A stretch of DNA of 59,931 nucleotides, counting the filler. It is 5 parts of 5 records of this genome, joined end to end, with 100 filler letters (N's around TTAATTAATTAA, not from the genome) between each part and the next. Parts side by side here need not be neighbours in the genome. Positions count along the whole stretch, not along the records: positions 1 to 9,110 come from DRR723986_9935; 4 more parts are not named here. One strand, 5' to 3'. The position numbers were made by a program, and so were the translations under genes. The notes under the pieces are model-generated. The model ran no database searches. It had not been told where the DNA came from and saw only the letters and a list, made by a program, of their open reading frames with translations. Shown here one piece after another: positions 1 to 9,210 of the stretch. The stretch's first letter is position 1. Each line of letters opens with the position of its first letter.

Positions 1-453
1 GAGGTTGAACTCCATGCTGACATGGCTGGCGGCGGCATTGTTCATCAACTTCGGCACCACAAAGGGATGCACCCGGTTTTTACCCTCTTCGTAAACCGCG
101 CGGTAGTTGTCATCCCAAGTCGACACCCCGCCCCCCGCCGTACCAAGCACCACACCGGATTTGGCGGACAATTCGCCGTGAAAACTGAGCCCCGATTGGG
201 CAATCGCCTCTTTTGCGGCGGCCAGGGTGAACTGGGTGAAGCGATCATAGAGAGACATCTGCTGCCGGTTAAAGCGGCCCTCGGCCTCAAACCCGTGCAC
301 CTGACCGCCGATCTGGATGGACAAGCGTTCGACATCCCGAAACGACAAGGGACCGATGCCGCAGACCCCTTCGCGCATGGCGGTCAAGGTCTCGGGCACG
401 GAATGGCCCAAGGCATTCACGGTCCCTGCGCCAGTGATGACGACCCGTTTCAT
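1..453 (-). CDS. Beta-ketoacyl-ACP synthase (FabF/NodE-like), N-terminal part, truncated by window edge
   Basis: Absent from the ORF track; hand translation from ATG at 453 gives MKRVVITGAGTVNALG...DRFTQF...GVVLGTAGGG...VPKLMNNAAASHVSMEFNL, a typical KAS II N-terminus, open to base 1; starts 4 nt after the ACP stop. Confidence 0.9.
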   Translation of the reverse strand, partial: MKRVVITGAGTVNALGHSVPETLTAMREGVCGIGPLSFRDVERLSIQIGGQVHGFEAEGRFNRQQMSLYDRFTQFTLAAAKEAIAQSGLSFHGELSAKSGVVLGTAGGGVSTWDDNYRAVYEEGKNRVHPFVVPKLMNNAAASHVSMEFNL

Positions 454-457
454 GCGC

Positions 458-715
458 CTAACCCTGTTCGGCCTTCAGCCGTTCAATCCCGGCGATGATG
501 CTGGCCACGTTGGAAATATCAAAATCAGACTCGGACGGGTTGTTGGCGTTGAACGGCACCGAGATGTCGAACGCCTCTTCGATGGCAAAGATGCTTTCCA
601 CCAGCCCCAGACTATCGATGCCAAGGCTTTCCAAAGTGCTGTCCAGCGTCACATCTTCGGGCTCCAACACCGCCTGCTCGGCAATGATTGCAATCACCTG
701 ATCTTTGATGCTCAT
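458..715 (-). CDS. Acyl carrier protein (specialised, NodF/AcpXL-like)
   Basis: MSIKDQVIAIIAEQ...LGIDSLGLVESIFAIEEAFDI with DSL phosphopantetheine motif, acidic, 85 aa; start set at ATG 715 behind GGGGTG RBS. Confidence 0.9.
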   Translation of the reverse strand: MSIKDQVIAIIAEQAVLEPEDVTLDSTLESLGIDSLGLVESIFAIEEAFDISVPFNANNPSESDFDISNVASIIAGIERLKAEQG

Positions 716-749
716 CGGTTTCACCCCTGAAAACTTGCTCAAGGATGAT

Positions 750-1841
750 TTAATCATCCTCGCCGGTCTTGAAAACAGCCTTTTGTAACGCCTTGATGTC
801 ACGCAGAACACGCGGCAATCGTCGCAGGGCTTTGTAACTTTCGACCTGTTTGTCCATTTGGGTGGCCGGATAACCCAGCATCGTCCGGCCCGCAGGCACG
901 TTGGACATCAACTTGGTGCCGCCCCCGGCAATCACACCATCCCCGACAAAGATATTGTCGCTGACACCGCATTGCCCGCCCAAGACAACATTGTCACCGA
1001 TCACCGCAGATCCGGCGATGCCGACCTGACCGCAGATCAGCGAATTTTCCCCGATCACCACATTATGCCCCATGTGCACCTGATTATCGAGTTTGGTGTT
1101 GTTGCCGATCATGGTGTTTCGGATCGTGCCGCAATCGATGGTGGACCCCATGCCGATCTCGACATCATCGCCGATTGTCACCGACCCAAGCGAATGGATG
1201 CGGATCCAGGGCTGTGCCTTGCTGTCCCCTTGATCCCCAAGGGTTTTGCGGGCGGTTTCCACGACACTGGGTTCTGCGGTGACAAAGGAAAAACCGTCCC
1301 CCCCGATCCGTGCGCCGGGCTGGGCAATGAACCTGTCACCAATATGTACCCGTGCGCCGATGCTGACCTGTTCGCGCAGCAAGGCGTCTTTGCCGATCTC
1401 GACTTCGAGGCCGACAAAACAATGCGGCCCGATCACCGATCCGGCGCCAATCCTTGCCCCGGCAGAGATGATCGCCAGCGCACCGATGCTGACATTCTCG
1501 CCAAGCTGCGCGGTTGGATCGACCACCGCCGTCGGATGCACGCCGTTGCCAAAACCCTGCCCCCGATCAAGCACCCTGGTCATGCCGGACATGGCAAAAC
1601 GCGGACGTTCCGGCAGAATGGCGGCTTTCAAACCAAGGGCTTGCCAATCGGCATCCGGCCAAAGCATCGCGGCCTGCGCCGCACCTTGCGCCAATCCTTC
1701 GGCGTATTTCGGACTCATCGCCAGTGCCAGATGTTCCGACCCGGCCTGTGCCGGTTCGGATGCGCCTGTGATGATCAGTGATGTATCTCCAACCGCCTCG
1801 GCCCCGATGGCCGCTGCGATCTGTTGAACCGTGAAGGCCAT
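750..1841 (-). CDS. lpxD: UDP-3-O-(3-hydroxyacyl)glucosamine N-acyltransferase
   Basis: Hexapeptide repeats, IGGDGFSF, IGDDVEIG, TKLDNQVHMGHNV, GYPA near C-terminus; start set at ATG 1841 (MAFTVQQIA). Confidence 0.93.
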   Translation of the reverse strand: MAFTVQQIAAAIGAEAVGDTSLIITGASEPAQAGSEHLALAMSPKYAEGLAQGAAQAAMLWPDADWQALGLKAAILPERPRFAMSGMTRVLDRGQGFGNGVHPTAVVDPTAQLGENVSIGALAIISAGARIGAGSVIGPHCFVGLEVEIGKDALLREQVSIGARVHIGDRFIAQPGARIGGDGFSFVTAEPSVVETARKTLGDQGDSKAQPWIRIHSLGSVTIGDDVEIGMGSTIDCGTIRNTMIGNNTKLDNQVHMGHNVVIGENSLICGQVGIAGSAVIGDNVVLGGQCGVSDNIFVGDGVIAGGGTKLMSNVPAGRTMLGYPATQMDKQVESYKALRRLPRVLRDIKALQKAVFKTGEDD

Positions 1842-1872
1842 TCGGCACCCCCTGCAAATGTTGCAGGCAGAA

Positions 1873-3489
1873 TTACCCCTGAACGCCGCCCAAGACCACC
1901 CCTGCCTTGGCCAGAGCGGCCCAGATCCGCGCATCACGCCCGTAGATATCGGCGCGGTATTCGGTGTGGCCCCGCGCATTGGTCACGGCAGTGCGGTAGA
2001 TCAGATGCACAGGGACCGGCTCTTGCAACACGATCTTGGTCTCCTTGCCGGAATTCAGCGCCGCCTTGAACGTGCCTTGAGGGTCGTCGGATTGTTTGGC
2101 CAGCAGCGCATAGGCAAAATCGAACGGATCGGCCAGACGCACACATCCGTGACTGAAGGCACGAATATCGCGGGCAAAGAGGCTCTTGGCCGGCGTGTCG
2201 TGCAGATAGATGTTGTGCTTGTTGGGGAACATGAACTTGACCAGACCCAGCGCATTGCTGCGGCTCGGCGGTTGACGCATGGCAAAGGGGAAGGTCCGTT
2301 CCGTATATTGGCTAAAGTTCGCGGCGCTGCGATTGACCACCCGGCCCCGGCTGTCGGTGATCTCGATATGGCGCACCGCGTTTGGGTTGCGCTTGAGCTG
2401 CGGCAGATATTCCTTGGTGACGATCGAACGCGGCACATACCAACTTGGATTGACGATCATATGTTCCATCACATCGGAAAACTCCGGCGTGGGGCGATCC
2501 TGGGATACTGCGCCGACCACAGACCGGGTGCGGAAGGTCACCTTGCCATCGTCGATAATCTTGGCGGAAAAATCGGGGATATTCACAAGAATATGACGCT
2601 TGCCGCGATCCGTGTTGAACCAGCGTTCCCGCTCCATCGCCACCAGAACCGATTGCAGGCGTTTTTCCACACCAACGTTGATCTGCTGCATGGTGGCCGC
2701 ACCGGCCACACCGTCCGCGTTCAACCCGTGATCCACCTGAAACTGCTGCACCGCCGCCTGCAGTGCGTCATCGTATGTGACGGTGTTGGAACGTGTCAGA
2801 TAATCCATCGCGATCAAACGGTTGCGCAGCGCAATGACTGCATTACCTGAAGCGCCGGGCTTGAGCGAATTGGCCGGCACACGCGGCCCCCAGCCGCCCT
2901 GCTGCAACAGCCGTTCCATCGTGACCTTTTCCTTGATCAGCGCATTGTATTCCATGCTGCGCGGCGGCAAAGACCGGAAGAATGCCGCCGGTTTTGCTTC
3001 GGCCAGACCTGTCAGATAGGCGCTGCGGTCGCGGTAAGGAATGTCGCGCACAATGCGGCTGTCAACGCGATTGGGGATCAACATACCGGTCTGCACATCG
3101 CGGGCATATTTCAGGAACAATTTGCTGAGCTCGACCTCGACGATACCGCGGTCCCGCGGGGTCTTGGCCGACCGCAACAGATCCATCAGCCCTTGCGGAT
3201 CATAACGCGCCACAGGCAATCCGTGATCATCGGCGTTTTCAATGGCGTGCAAAAGCGCGGCACGGCGGGCGCGATCCGCCTCGCCCGCGCCGGTCCAGAT
3301 CGGTGTATATCCGTTGGTCCGGTAAAAACTGGCAATGTCCTGATCCCGCGCGGCAGTTTCGGCAACCGCCTGTTTGAAGGCCGTCACCTGCGCAAAAGCC
3401 GGTTGCGGCGCAGTCATGGTGACACTCAGGCCAATTGTCACCGTTACTGCCAGCAAGCCCCGGCGCAAAAAGGAATCGCGCATCATCAT
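1873..3489 (-). CDS. L,D-transpeptidase (YcbB/LdtD-like; scaffold + PG-binding + YkuD domains)
   Basis: Signal peptide, FQVDHGLNADGVAG PG-binding motif, VNIPDF, NPSWYVP, IYLHDTP...SHGCVRL catalytic motif. Confidence 0.92.
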   Translation of the reverse strand: MMMRDSFLRRGLLAVTVTIGLSVTMTAPQPAFAQVTAFKQAVAETAARDQDIASFYRTNGYTPIWTGAGEADRARRAALLHAIENADDHGLPVARYDPQGLMDLLRSAKTPRDRGIVEVELSKLFLKYARDVQTGMLIPNRVDSRIVRDIPYRDRSAYLTGLAEAKPAAFFRSLPPRSMEYNALIKEKVTMERLLQQGGWGPRVPANSLKPGASGNAVIALRNRLIAMDYLTRSNTVTYDDALQAAVQQFQVDHGLNADGVAGAATMQQINVGVEKRLQSVLVAMERERWFNTDRGKRHILVNIPDFSAKIIDDGKVTFRTRSVVGAVSQDRPTPEFSDVMEHMIVNPSWYVPRSIVTKEYLPQLKRNPNAVRHIEITDSRGRVVNRSAANFSQYTERTFPFAMRQPPSRSNALGLVKFMFPNKHNIYLHDTPAKSLFARDIRAFSHGCVRLADPFDFAYALLAKQSDDPQGTFKAALNSGKETKIVLQEPVPVHLIYRTAVTNARGHTEYRADIYGRDARIWAALAKAGVVLGGVQG

Positions 3490-3567
3490 TATCCCCGAAA
3501 AACCAATAAACGTCCTGTTCTTGTCGGAAATGCTCCCACGTCTGTCCATTCACAAAACCGCAAGACC

Positions 3568-3583
3568 TTAAACAACCCTTAAC
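3568..3583. promoter_or_regulatory. CtrA-binding box (TTAA-N7-TTAAC)
   Basis: TTAA-ACAACCC-TTAAC, exact consensus match, in the divergent intergenic region of an alphaproteobacterial contig. Confidence 0.6.
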
Positions 3584-3796
3584 CTGATGCGCAAAAAACA
3601 CCCGGTTTGCCGGATCGGACAGAGGTGTTAGATCACTTTTGGCAGAAATTCGCCTAAAAAAGCAGTGGCATGGAACCAAAAGGATTCAGCACTTGGTTCA
3701 TGATTCCCGCTATGCCATACACTTGAGGCATCTGGGGGACAGATGAACGGCCTATGTAACATCATGGCCACAGGCAGACGACGGGACAGAAGACTT

Positions 3797-4366
3797 ATGG
3801 CAGGCAATAGCACTTCGGGCATGACCCGGCGCGCCGTTTTGGGCGCTTTCGCCGCAACCACACTGACCGCGGCACCCACTTTCTCCAATGCAGCAGGCTT
3901 TCTGCGCGGCGCTGGCGACATTCGCCGCATCCGCATGTATTCCGGCCGAACTGGCGAGCGCATCGACATGATCTATTGGATCGAGGGCCAGTACATCAAA
4001 GACGCAGTGAAAGAAGTAAACTACTTCATGCGTGACTGGCGCACCGATGGCGTCAAAAGCATTGATCTGCGCACCGTCGATATCATGGCTGCCTCGCACA
4101 ATCTGCTGGACGTGAACGAACCTTATATGTTGCTGTCCGGCTATCGCAGCCCCAAAACCAACGCGATGTTGCGGTCCCGGTCACGCGGCGTTGCCAAGAA
4201 TTCCCTGCACATGCGCGGCCAGGCGGCGGATCTGCGGTTGTCCTCCCGGTCGGTACACCAAATGGCCCGTGCGGCAACTGCCTGCCAGGGCGGCGGCGTT
4301 GGCCGCTACTCCCGCTCCAACTTTGTTCATATGGATTGCGGTATCGTACGGTCCTGGGGCGGTTAA
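3797..4366 (+). CDS. YcbK/MepK-family (DUF882, peptidase M15) Tat-exported peptidoglycan endopeptidase
   Basis: Twin-arginine TRRAVLG signal; SGYRSPKTN, SLHMRGQAAD, GVGRY, FVHMD motifs; start set at ATG 3797. Confidence 0.9.
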   Translation: MAGNSTSGMTRRAVLGAFAATTLTAAPTFSNAAGFLRGAGDIRRIRMYSGRTGERIDMIYWIEGQYIKDAVKEVNYFMRDWRTDGVKSIDLRTVDIMAASHNLLDVNEPYMLLSGYRSPKTNAMLRSRSRGVAKNSLHMRGQAADLRLSSRSVHQMARAATACQGGGVGRYSRSNFVHMDCGIVRSWGG

Positions 4367-4390
4367 GCCTTTCTGGAATACGAAAACAAC

Positions 4391-4415
4391 AGGCGCCTTT
4401 CGAGGCGCCTTTTTT
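4391..4415 (+). terminator. Rho-independent terminator
   Basis: AGGCGCCT-TTCG-AGGCGCCT hairpin followed by T-run, between convergent genes. Confidence 0.85.
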
Positions 4416-4426
4416 GTGCGTCAGGT

Positions 4427-5620
4427 TTAACTTTGATCTGCCCTGGGCCGGATCATCATCGCGCCATAGGACAGGGAAAACCCGCCAAAAGCGATGATCC
4501 AGGCCGCGCCCGAAACCGCATGCAGAATGCCCTGCTGCTCTGGCCAATTGCCCGCAAGCCACCGAAAAATAACCGAAATCAAGATTGCGGCGTAGATTGC
4601 CACAGTCACCGGATCACTGATCAAAGCCCGCCCGGAATGGCCAAGTGAGGCGCGGGTCATCACCGCAAGTGTCATCACGCCAAGCGCCCCTGCCATCCAA
4701 AGATGCTGCGCTGCCGCGCCATCGCCAAAACCGAAGATGCCAAGCCCGATCGCCACCGCCCCAAGCGGCACAAATGCATAGCCCAAATGCAGGATCGCCA
4801 CCAAAGGCTCTGCCAAAGTGAGATGTCCTGCCCAGCGGCCCAACCGCAGCAGATGCAAACACCCCGCCAATACCAAAAGCCCACCAGAAACGGCCCAATC
4901 AGGCATGGCCAACCAGCTGATCATGGCGGCCAGCAAGGCCAGCAGCGCGATCTTGTCAAATCCGGCCATCACCGGCGCGGGCAACACGGCGCTGCCCTGT
5001 TTGACCAACCAATTGCGCGTAAACGCCGGCACAATCCGCCCGCCAATCACCGCAACCATCATCACTGCCGCGCTGATGCCGATCCGCAGCCCGATACCCT
5101 GCGCGGCATAGTCACCGCCTGCCGCCTCAAAATGAAACACCGCATTGCCGCCCAGAAAGGCCAGCAACATCGCGACCACAATCAGATTGCGCCAGTTCTG
5201 ACCTGCGATTATTTCGCGCAGCAGCCAAATCAGCACCGCCGCCAGAAATGCCAGATCTACCGCGACGACCAAGGCGGCCGGCCACCATAGTGCCGTGAGA
5301 ACCGCCAACCGCCCCAAAATCCACAACAAAAACAATGCGATCAACGGCGCGCCAGACAGCGCTGCGCGTCCTGTCCAATTGGGCACCGCGGTCAGCAAAA
5401 AACCGGCGATCACCGCGCTGAGATAGCCAAACAGGAACGCATGAGCATGCCATGACACCGGATCAAGCCCTATGGGCAATGCCAGCACGTCAAACATCTG
5501 CGCCAACCAAAGCGCCATGACCGCCACCGCCCAAAGCGCCGCGCCAAGGAAAAACGGGCGAAACCCAAGGGAAAAGAACATCGCAAGCGGTGAACGGGGT
5601 TGTGAAGTGGTATCGGTCAT
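4427..5620 (-). CDS. nnrS: NnrS family membrane protein
   Basis: GFRPFFL, WHAH..LFGY, GFLLTAVPNWTG, IGGRIVPAFT, MTRASLGHSGR motifs; many TM helices. Confidence 0.92.
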   Translation of the reverse strand: MTDTTSQPRSPLAMFFSLGFRPFFLGAALWAVAVMALWLAQMFDVLALPIGLDPVSWHAHAFLFGYLSAVIAGFLLTAVPNWTGRAALSGAPLIALFLLWILGRLAVLTALWWPAALVVAVDLAFLAAVLIWLLREIIAGQNWRNLIVVAMLLAFLGGNAVFHFEAAGGDYAAQGIGLRIGISAAVMMVAVIGGRIVPAFTRNWLVKQGSAVLPAPVMAGFDKIALLALLAAMISWLAMPDWAVSGGLLVLAGCLHLLRLGRWAGHLTLAEPLVAILHLGYAFVPLGAVAIGLGIFGFGDGAAAQHLWMAGALGVMTLAVMTRASLGHSGRALISDPVTVAIYAAILISVIFRWLAGNWPEQQGILHAVSGAAWIIAFGGFSLSYGAMMIRPRADQS

Positions 5621-5674
5621 GCGCCTGCCTTTGATCGCTGCTCACGCATATTCAACTCTCAATGGCGATTGTCA

Positions 5675-5688
5675 GTGATCTGGATCAA
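5675..5688 (-). promoter_or_regulatory. FNR/DNR/NnrR-type box upstream of nnrS
   Basis: TTGATCCAGATCAC on the minus strand (one mismatch to TTGAT-N4-ATCAA), about 60 nt upstream of the nnrS ATG. Confidence 0.65.
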
Positions 5689-5705
5689 CTAAATAGATAG
5701 AAATC

Positions 5706-6365
5706 CTACCCCTGCACGGCCCGCCGAAACCCGGCCTCGCTGAAATCTGTAAACATCTGCACGAGATCTCCCGTGTCATCGCCCTGCCCCGACAGATCAT
5801 CAATCCGCCAGCGTGAGGCACACAGCGATAACATGCCAGATACCATATAAACCAATGCCGCCGCCAAACGCGCCTGGGATGCACCGGGCAAAACTTGCGC
5901 AAAAGCGGCCAGAAACACCTTGGCTGTCGGATCGAAATGCTGGCTCGCAATCGCCCGCCACCGATCATCTGCGGACACATAGGCAATCAGGCGCCCATAG
6001 GCCAACCAACCGGGATCACCGCCCAGAACACGGTCCAGAAACGGATGGGTAAAGCAACAGATCACACCGCGCAGGGTCACGTCACCTTTTGCTTGCAGGG
6101 CCGTCAACGCCGCCGTTCTGGCGTCCGACAAAGCAGCCGCGCGCCGCGCCACAACAGCGGCAAACAAGGCCTCTTTTGATCCGCCATGATGATGCACCAA
6201 TGCGCCCTGAACCCCTGCCAGGGCAGCAATGTCGCGGATGGTTGCCGCATCAAACCCATGCGCCGCAAAAATCTGTTCTGCGGCATCAAAAATCCGCGTA
6301 CGGGTTTCAAGCGACCGTTTGCTGGGCGCCCTTTGCCGTTGTTTTTGTTCAGTTATTACATTCAT
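5706..6365 (-). CDS. TetR family transcriptional regulator
   Basis: RIFDAAEQIFAAHGFDAATIRDIAALAGV..HHHGGSKEALF HTH; divergent from the FMO operon. Confidence 0.92.
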   Translation of the reverse strand: MNVITEQKQRQRAPSKRSLETRTRIFDAAEQIFAAHGFDAATIRDIAALAGVQGALVHHHGGSKEALFAAVVARRAAALSDARTAALTALQAKGDVTLRGVICCFTHPFLDRVLGGDPGWLAYGRLIAYVSADDRWRAIASQHFDPTAKVFLAAFAQVLPGASQARLAAALVYMVSGMLSLCASRWRIDDLSGQGDDTGDLVQMFTDFSEAGFRRAVQG

Positions 6366-6387
6366 TTCAAATTTATCTTGCCTTATT

Positions 6388-6403
6388 TTGAACGCTTGTT
6401 CAA
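6388..6403. promoter_or_regulatory. Putative TetR operator (palindrome)
   Basis: TTGAAC-GCTT-GTTCAA perfect inverted repeat in the 71-bp tetR/FMO intergenic region; a second inverted repeat CTTGCCTT (6377-6384) / AAGGCAAG (6419-6426) flanks it. Confidence 0.6.
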
Positions 6404-6436
6404 TCTAAATCAAATTTCAAGGCAAGGACGCACCAC

Positions 6437-7774
6437 ATGCCACAGGATCAAACCCCCTTGGGGGCCTCGGAAAAATTTGCACTGATCGGTGCGGGGCCCA
6501 TGGGCCTTGCCGCGGCCAAGGTCATGACCGAACAGGGCATTCCGTTTCAGGGATTTGAGCTGCATTCAGATGTGGGCGGTCTGTGGGATATCGATGCGCC
6601 GCGTTCGACCATGTATGAAACCGCGCATTTGATCTCGTCGAAAACCATGACCGAATTTGCCGATTTCCCCATGCGGGAGGACGTGGCTGAATATCCTTCC
6701 CACACCGAGATGAAGCGATATTTTCAAGATTTTGCAGAGCATTACAACCTCTACTCAAAGTATCACTTTAACACTGAAGTCCTCTCTGCGGTGCCACTTG
6801 GGGTGGCGGGCGCAGGTTGGCGCGTCATGTGGCGCGACGCGCAGGGCAAGGAGCAATCGGATGTGTTTGCCGGCGTCATGATCGCCAATGGCACCCTCTC
6901 AGAGCCGAATATGCCCACCTTCAAGGGCGAGTTTGACGGAGAGCTGATCCACGCTGCCAAATACCGAGATCCACATCAATTCACCGGAAAACGGGTTTTG
7001 ATTGTCGGCGCGGGCAACTCCGGCTGTGACATCGCGGTGGATGCCATTCACCACGGCAAAAGCTGCGATATCTCGATGCGGCGCGGCTATTACTTTGTGC
7101 CCAAATACGTCTTTGGCAAACCTGCCGATACCATGGGCGGGATGATCAAGCTGCCGATGTGGCTCAAACGCAAGGTCGACGGGATGATCCTGAATTGGTT
7201 TGTCGGTGATCCGCAAAAATACGGCTTTCCCAAACCCGATTACGCGCTTTACGAAAGTCACCCTGTGGTCAACTCGCTGATCCTGTTTCATGCTGGGCAT
7301 GGCGATCTGAAAGTGCGGCCCGACATTGATCATCTGGACGGCAAAAAGGTGCATTTCGCCGATGGAACGCAAGCCGAATATGACATGATCCTGACCGCGA
7401 CGGGTTACCGCCTGCATTACCCGTTTATCGCCGATGATCTGCTCAACTGGCAGGGCGACGCGCCGCATTTGTTCTTGAATGCCATGCACCCCGACCGTGA
7501 TGATCTGTTTGTGCTTGGCATGGTCGAGGCCTCTGGTCTGGGCTGGCAAGGACGCCATGAACAGGCGGAGATGGTTGTCCGCTACATCAAGGGCCTGCGC
7601 GAGGGACGCACCGCCGCCAAAGTCCTACAAGCCGAAAAATCGAGCGGTTTCAAACGGATGACCGGCAGCACCAAGTATCTCAAGCTGCCGCGCATGGCCT
7701 ATTATGTGGACAAGTCCACCTACCGCAAGGCAGTCACCACCTGGATCGGCGCATTGGGAGGGACCAGCAAATGA
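6437..7774 (+). CDS. Flavin-containing monooxygenase (class B, FMO-type)
   Basis: GAGPMG and GAGNSG Rossmann motifs, GGLW, FDGELIHAAKY (FxGxxxHxxxY), ATGY. Confidence 0.9.
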   Translation: MPQDQTPLGASEKFALIGAGPMGLAAAKVMTEQGIPFQGFELHSDVGGLWDIDAPRSTMYETAHLISSKTMTEFADFPMREDVAEYPSHTEMKRYFQDFAEHYNLYSKYHFNTEVLSAVPLGVAGAGWRVMWRDAQGKEQSDVFAGVMIANGTLSEPNMPTFKGEFDGELIHAAKYRDPHQFTGKRVLIVGAGNSGCDIAVDAIHHGKSCDISMRRGYYFVPKYVFGKPADTMGGMIKLPMWLKRKVDGMILNWFVGDPQKYGFPKPDYALYESHPVVNSLILFHAGHGDLKVRPDIDHLDGKKVHFADGTQAEYDMILTATGYRLHYPFIADDLLNWQGDAPHLFLNAMHPDRDDLFVLGMVEASGLGWQGRHEQAEMVVRYIKGLREGRTAAKVLQAEKSSGFKRMTGSTKYLKLPRMAYYVDKSTYRKAVTTWIGALGGTSK

Positions 7775-8673
7775 CAGATCTCGATGACATAATGCTGAAC
7801 TTTAGCCCGGCTAGCCTGACCTTGCTCAACGCCATTCTGGCAATTGTAATGTTCTCGGTCGCGCTGGATCTCAAGGGCGATGATTTCAAACGCCTGATGC
7901 GCACACCCAAGCCGGTTGTGACCGGGCTGATTTCACAATTTGTGGTCCTTCCGGTGCTGACCTTCCTGCTGGTGCTTGTGGTGCAGCCGCGCGCCTCCAT
8001 TGCGCTGGGTCTGATCCTTGTGGCGGCCTGTCCGGGGGGTAATATCTCAAACTTTATCTCGCACCGCGCGGGCGGCAATGCGGCGCTGTCAGTGTCGATG
8101 ACCGGGTTTGCCACGGTGGGGGCGATCCTGCTGACCCCGCTGAACATCGCGTTCTGGGGCAACCTCTATGAACCCAGCCGCGCCATCTTGCAGGCCACGG
8201 CCATTGATCCATGGCAGATCGCCCTGACCGTGACCTTGATGTTGATCCTGCCGCTTATTCTGGGTGTCCTGCTCAACCGCAACAAACCGGCCCTTGCCGA
8301 CCGCATTCGGAGGCCCTTGCAGAACCTGTCTATGCTGATCTTTGTGGCCTTTATCGTGCTGGCACTGGCCGCGAATTGGGGGTTCTTTCTGGGCTATGCC
8401 CATTACGTTGCCCTGCTTGTTGTGTTGCACAACGCTTTGGCGCTGGCGGGCGGATATGGCACCGCGACGCTGGCCGGATTGTCGCCGTTTGACCGCCGCG
8501 CCGTGACGATTGAGACCGGTATCCAGAATTCAGGTCTGGGGCTGGTGTTGATCTTTGGCTTCTTTGGCGGCTTGGGCGGCATGGCCGTTGTGGCGGCATT
8601 CTGGGGCATTTGGCATGCGATCTCCGGTCTGGCATTGGCCAAGGTGATGTCGCGCAGCGAAGCCGCGCGATGA
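7771..8673 (+). CDS. Bile acid:sodium symporter (BASS/SBF) family transporter
   Basis: ACPGGNISN and IETGIQNSGLG signatures; ATGA overlap with the FMO gene. Confidence 0.92.
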   Translation: MTDLDDIMLNFSPASLTLLNAILAIVMFSVALDLKGDDFKRLMRTPKPVVTGLISQFVVLPVLTFLLVLVVQPRASIALGLILVAACPGGNISNFISHRAGGNAALSVSMTGFATVGAILLTPLNIAFWGNLYEPSRAILQATAIDPWQIALTVTLMLILPLILGVLLNRNKPALADRIRRPLQNLSMLIFVAFIVLALAANWGFFLGYAHYVALLVVLHNALALAGGYGTATLAGLSPFDRRAVTIETGIQNSGLGLVLIFGFFGGLGGMAVVAAFWGIWHAISGLALAKVMSRSEAAR

Positions 8674-9110
8674 CCCGAATTTTGATCACAGGCGCCGCGG
8701 GTGCCGTTGGCCGCGCCCTGCTTTCCCAACTGGCCGGCGCGGGCGAACATGAGGTCATTGCAACAGATCTGGCTGCCCCCTCCGATTTGCCAGATGGCAT
8801 AAAGTTTGCGCCCCTGGACGTTCGTGGCCAAGATCCTGATACCGTCATCGCCGCCCATCAGCCCGAGGTTGTCATTCATCTGGCCTCCATTGTCGGGCAT
8901 ACCACCCGTGAATTTGCCTATTCCGTGGATGTCACGGGATCGCAAAACGTGATCGCAGCCTGCCTCAAACATGGGGTGCGCAGGTTGGTGGTGACCTCTT
9001 CTGGGGCGGCCTATGGCTATCACCCAGACAACCCCGAATGGCTCAAGGAAACAGATGCCCTGCGCGGCAACGCCGAATTTGCCTATGCCGATCACAAACG
9101 GCAGGTCGAA
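8670..9110 (+). CDS. Extended SDR / NAD-dependent epimerase-dehydratase, truncated at contig end
   Basis: ILITGAAGAVG, VIHLAS, VTSSGAAYG, YADHK (YxxxK); ATGA overlap with the BASS gene. Confidence 0.85.
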
Positions 9111-9210
9111 NNNNNNNNNNNNNNNNNNNNNNNNNNNNNNNNNNNNNNNNNNNNTTAATTAATTAANNNNNNNNNNNNNNNNNNNNNNNNNNNNNNNNNN
9201 NNNNNNNNNN
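9111..9210. other. Artificial contig spacer
   Basis: N44-TTAATTAATTAA-N44, stops in all six frames. Confidence 0.98.

Noticed and set aside
858..2850. Long plus-strand ORFs 858-1781 and 1831-2850
   Set aside because: Antisense shadows of lpxD and the L,D-transpeptidase, common in GC-rich DNA; no motifs
9155..9166. TTAATTAATTAA recurring four times as a possible repeat or att site
   Set aside because: It always sits between N44 runs, so it is an artificial six-frame stop linker
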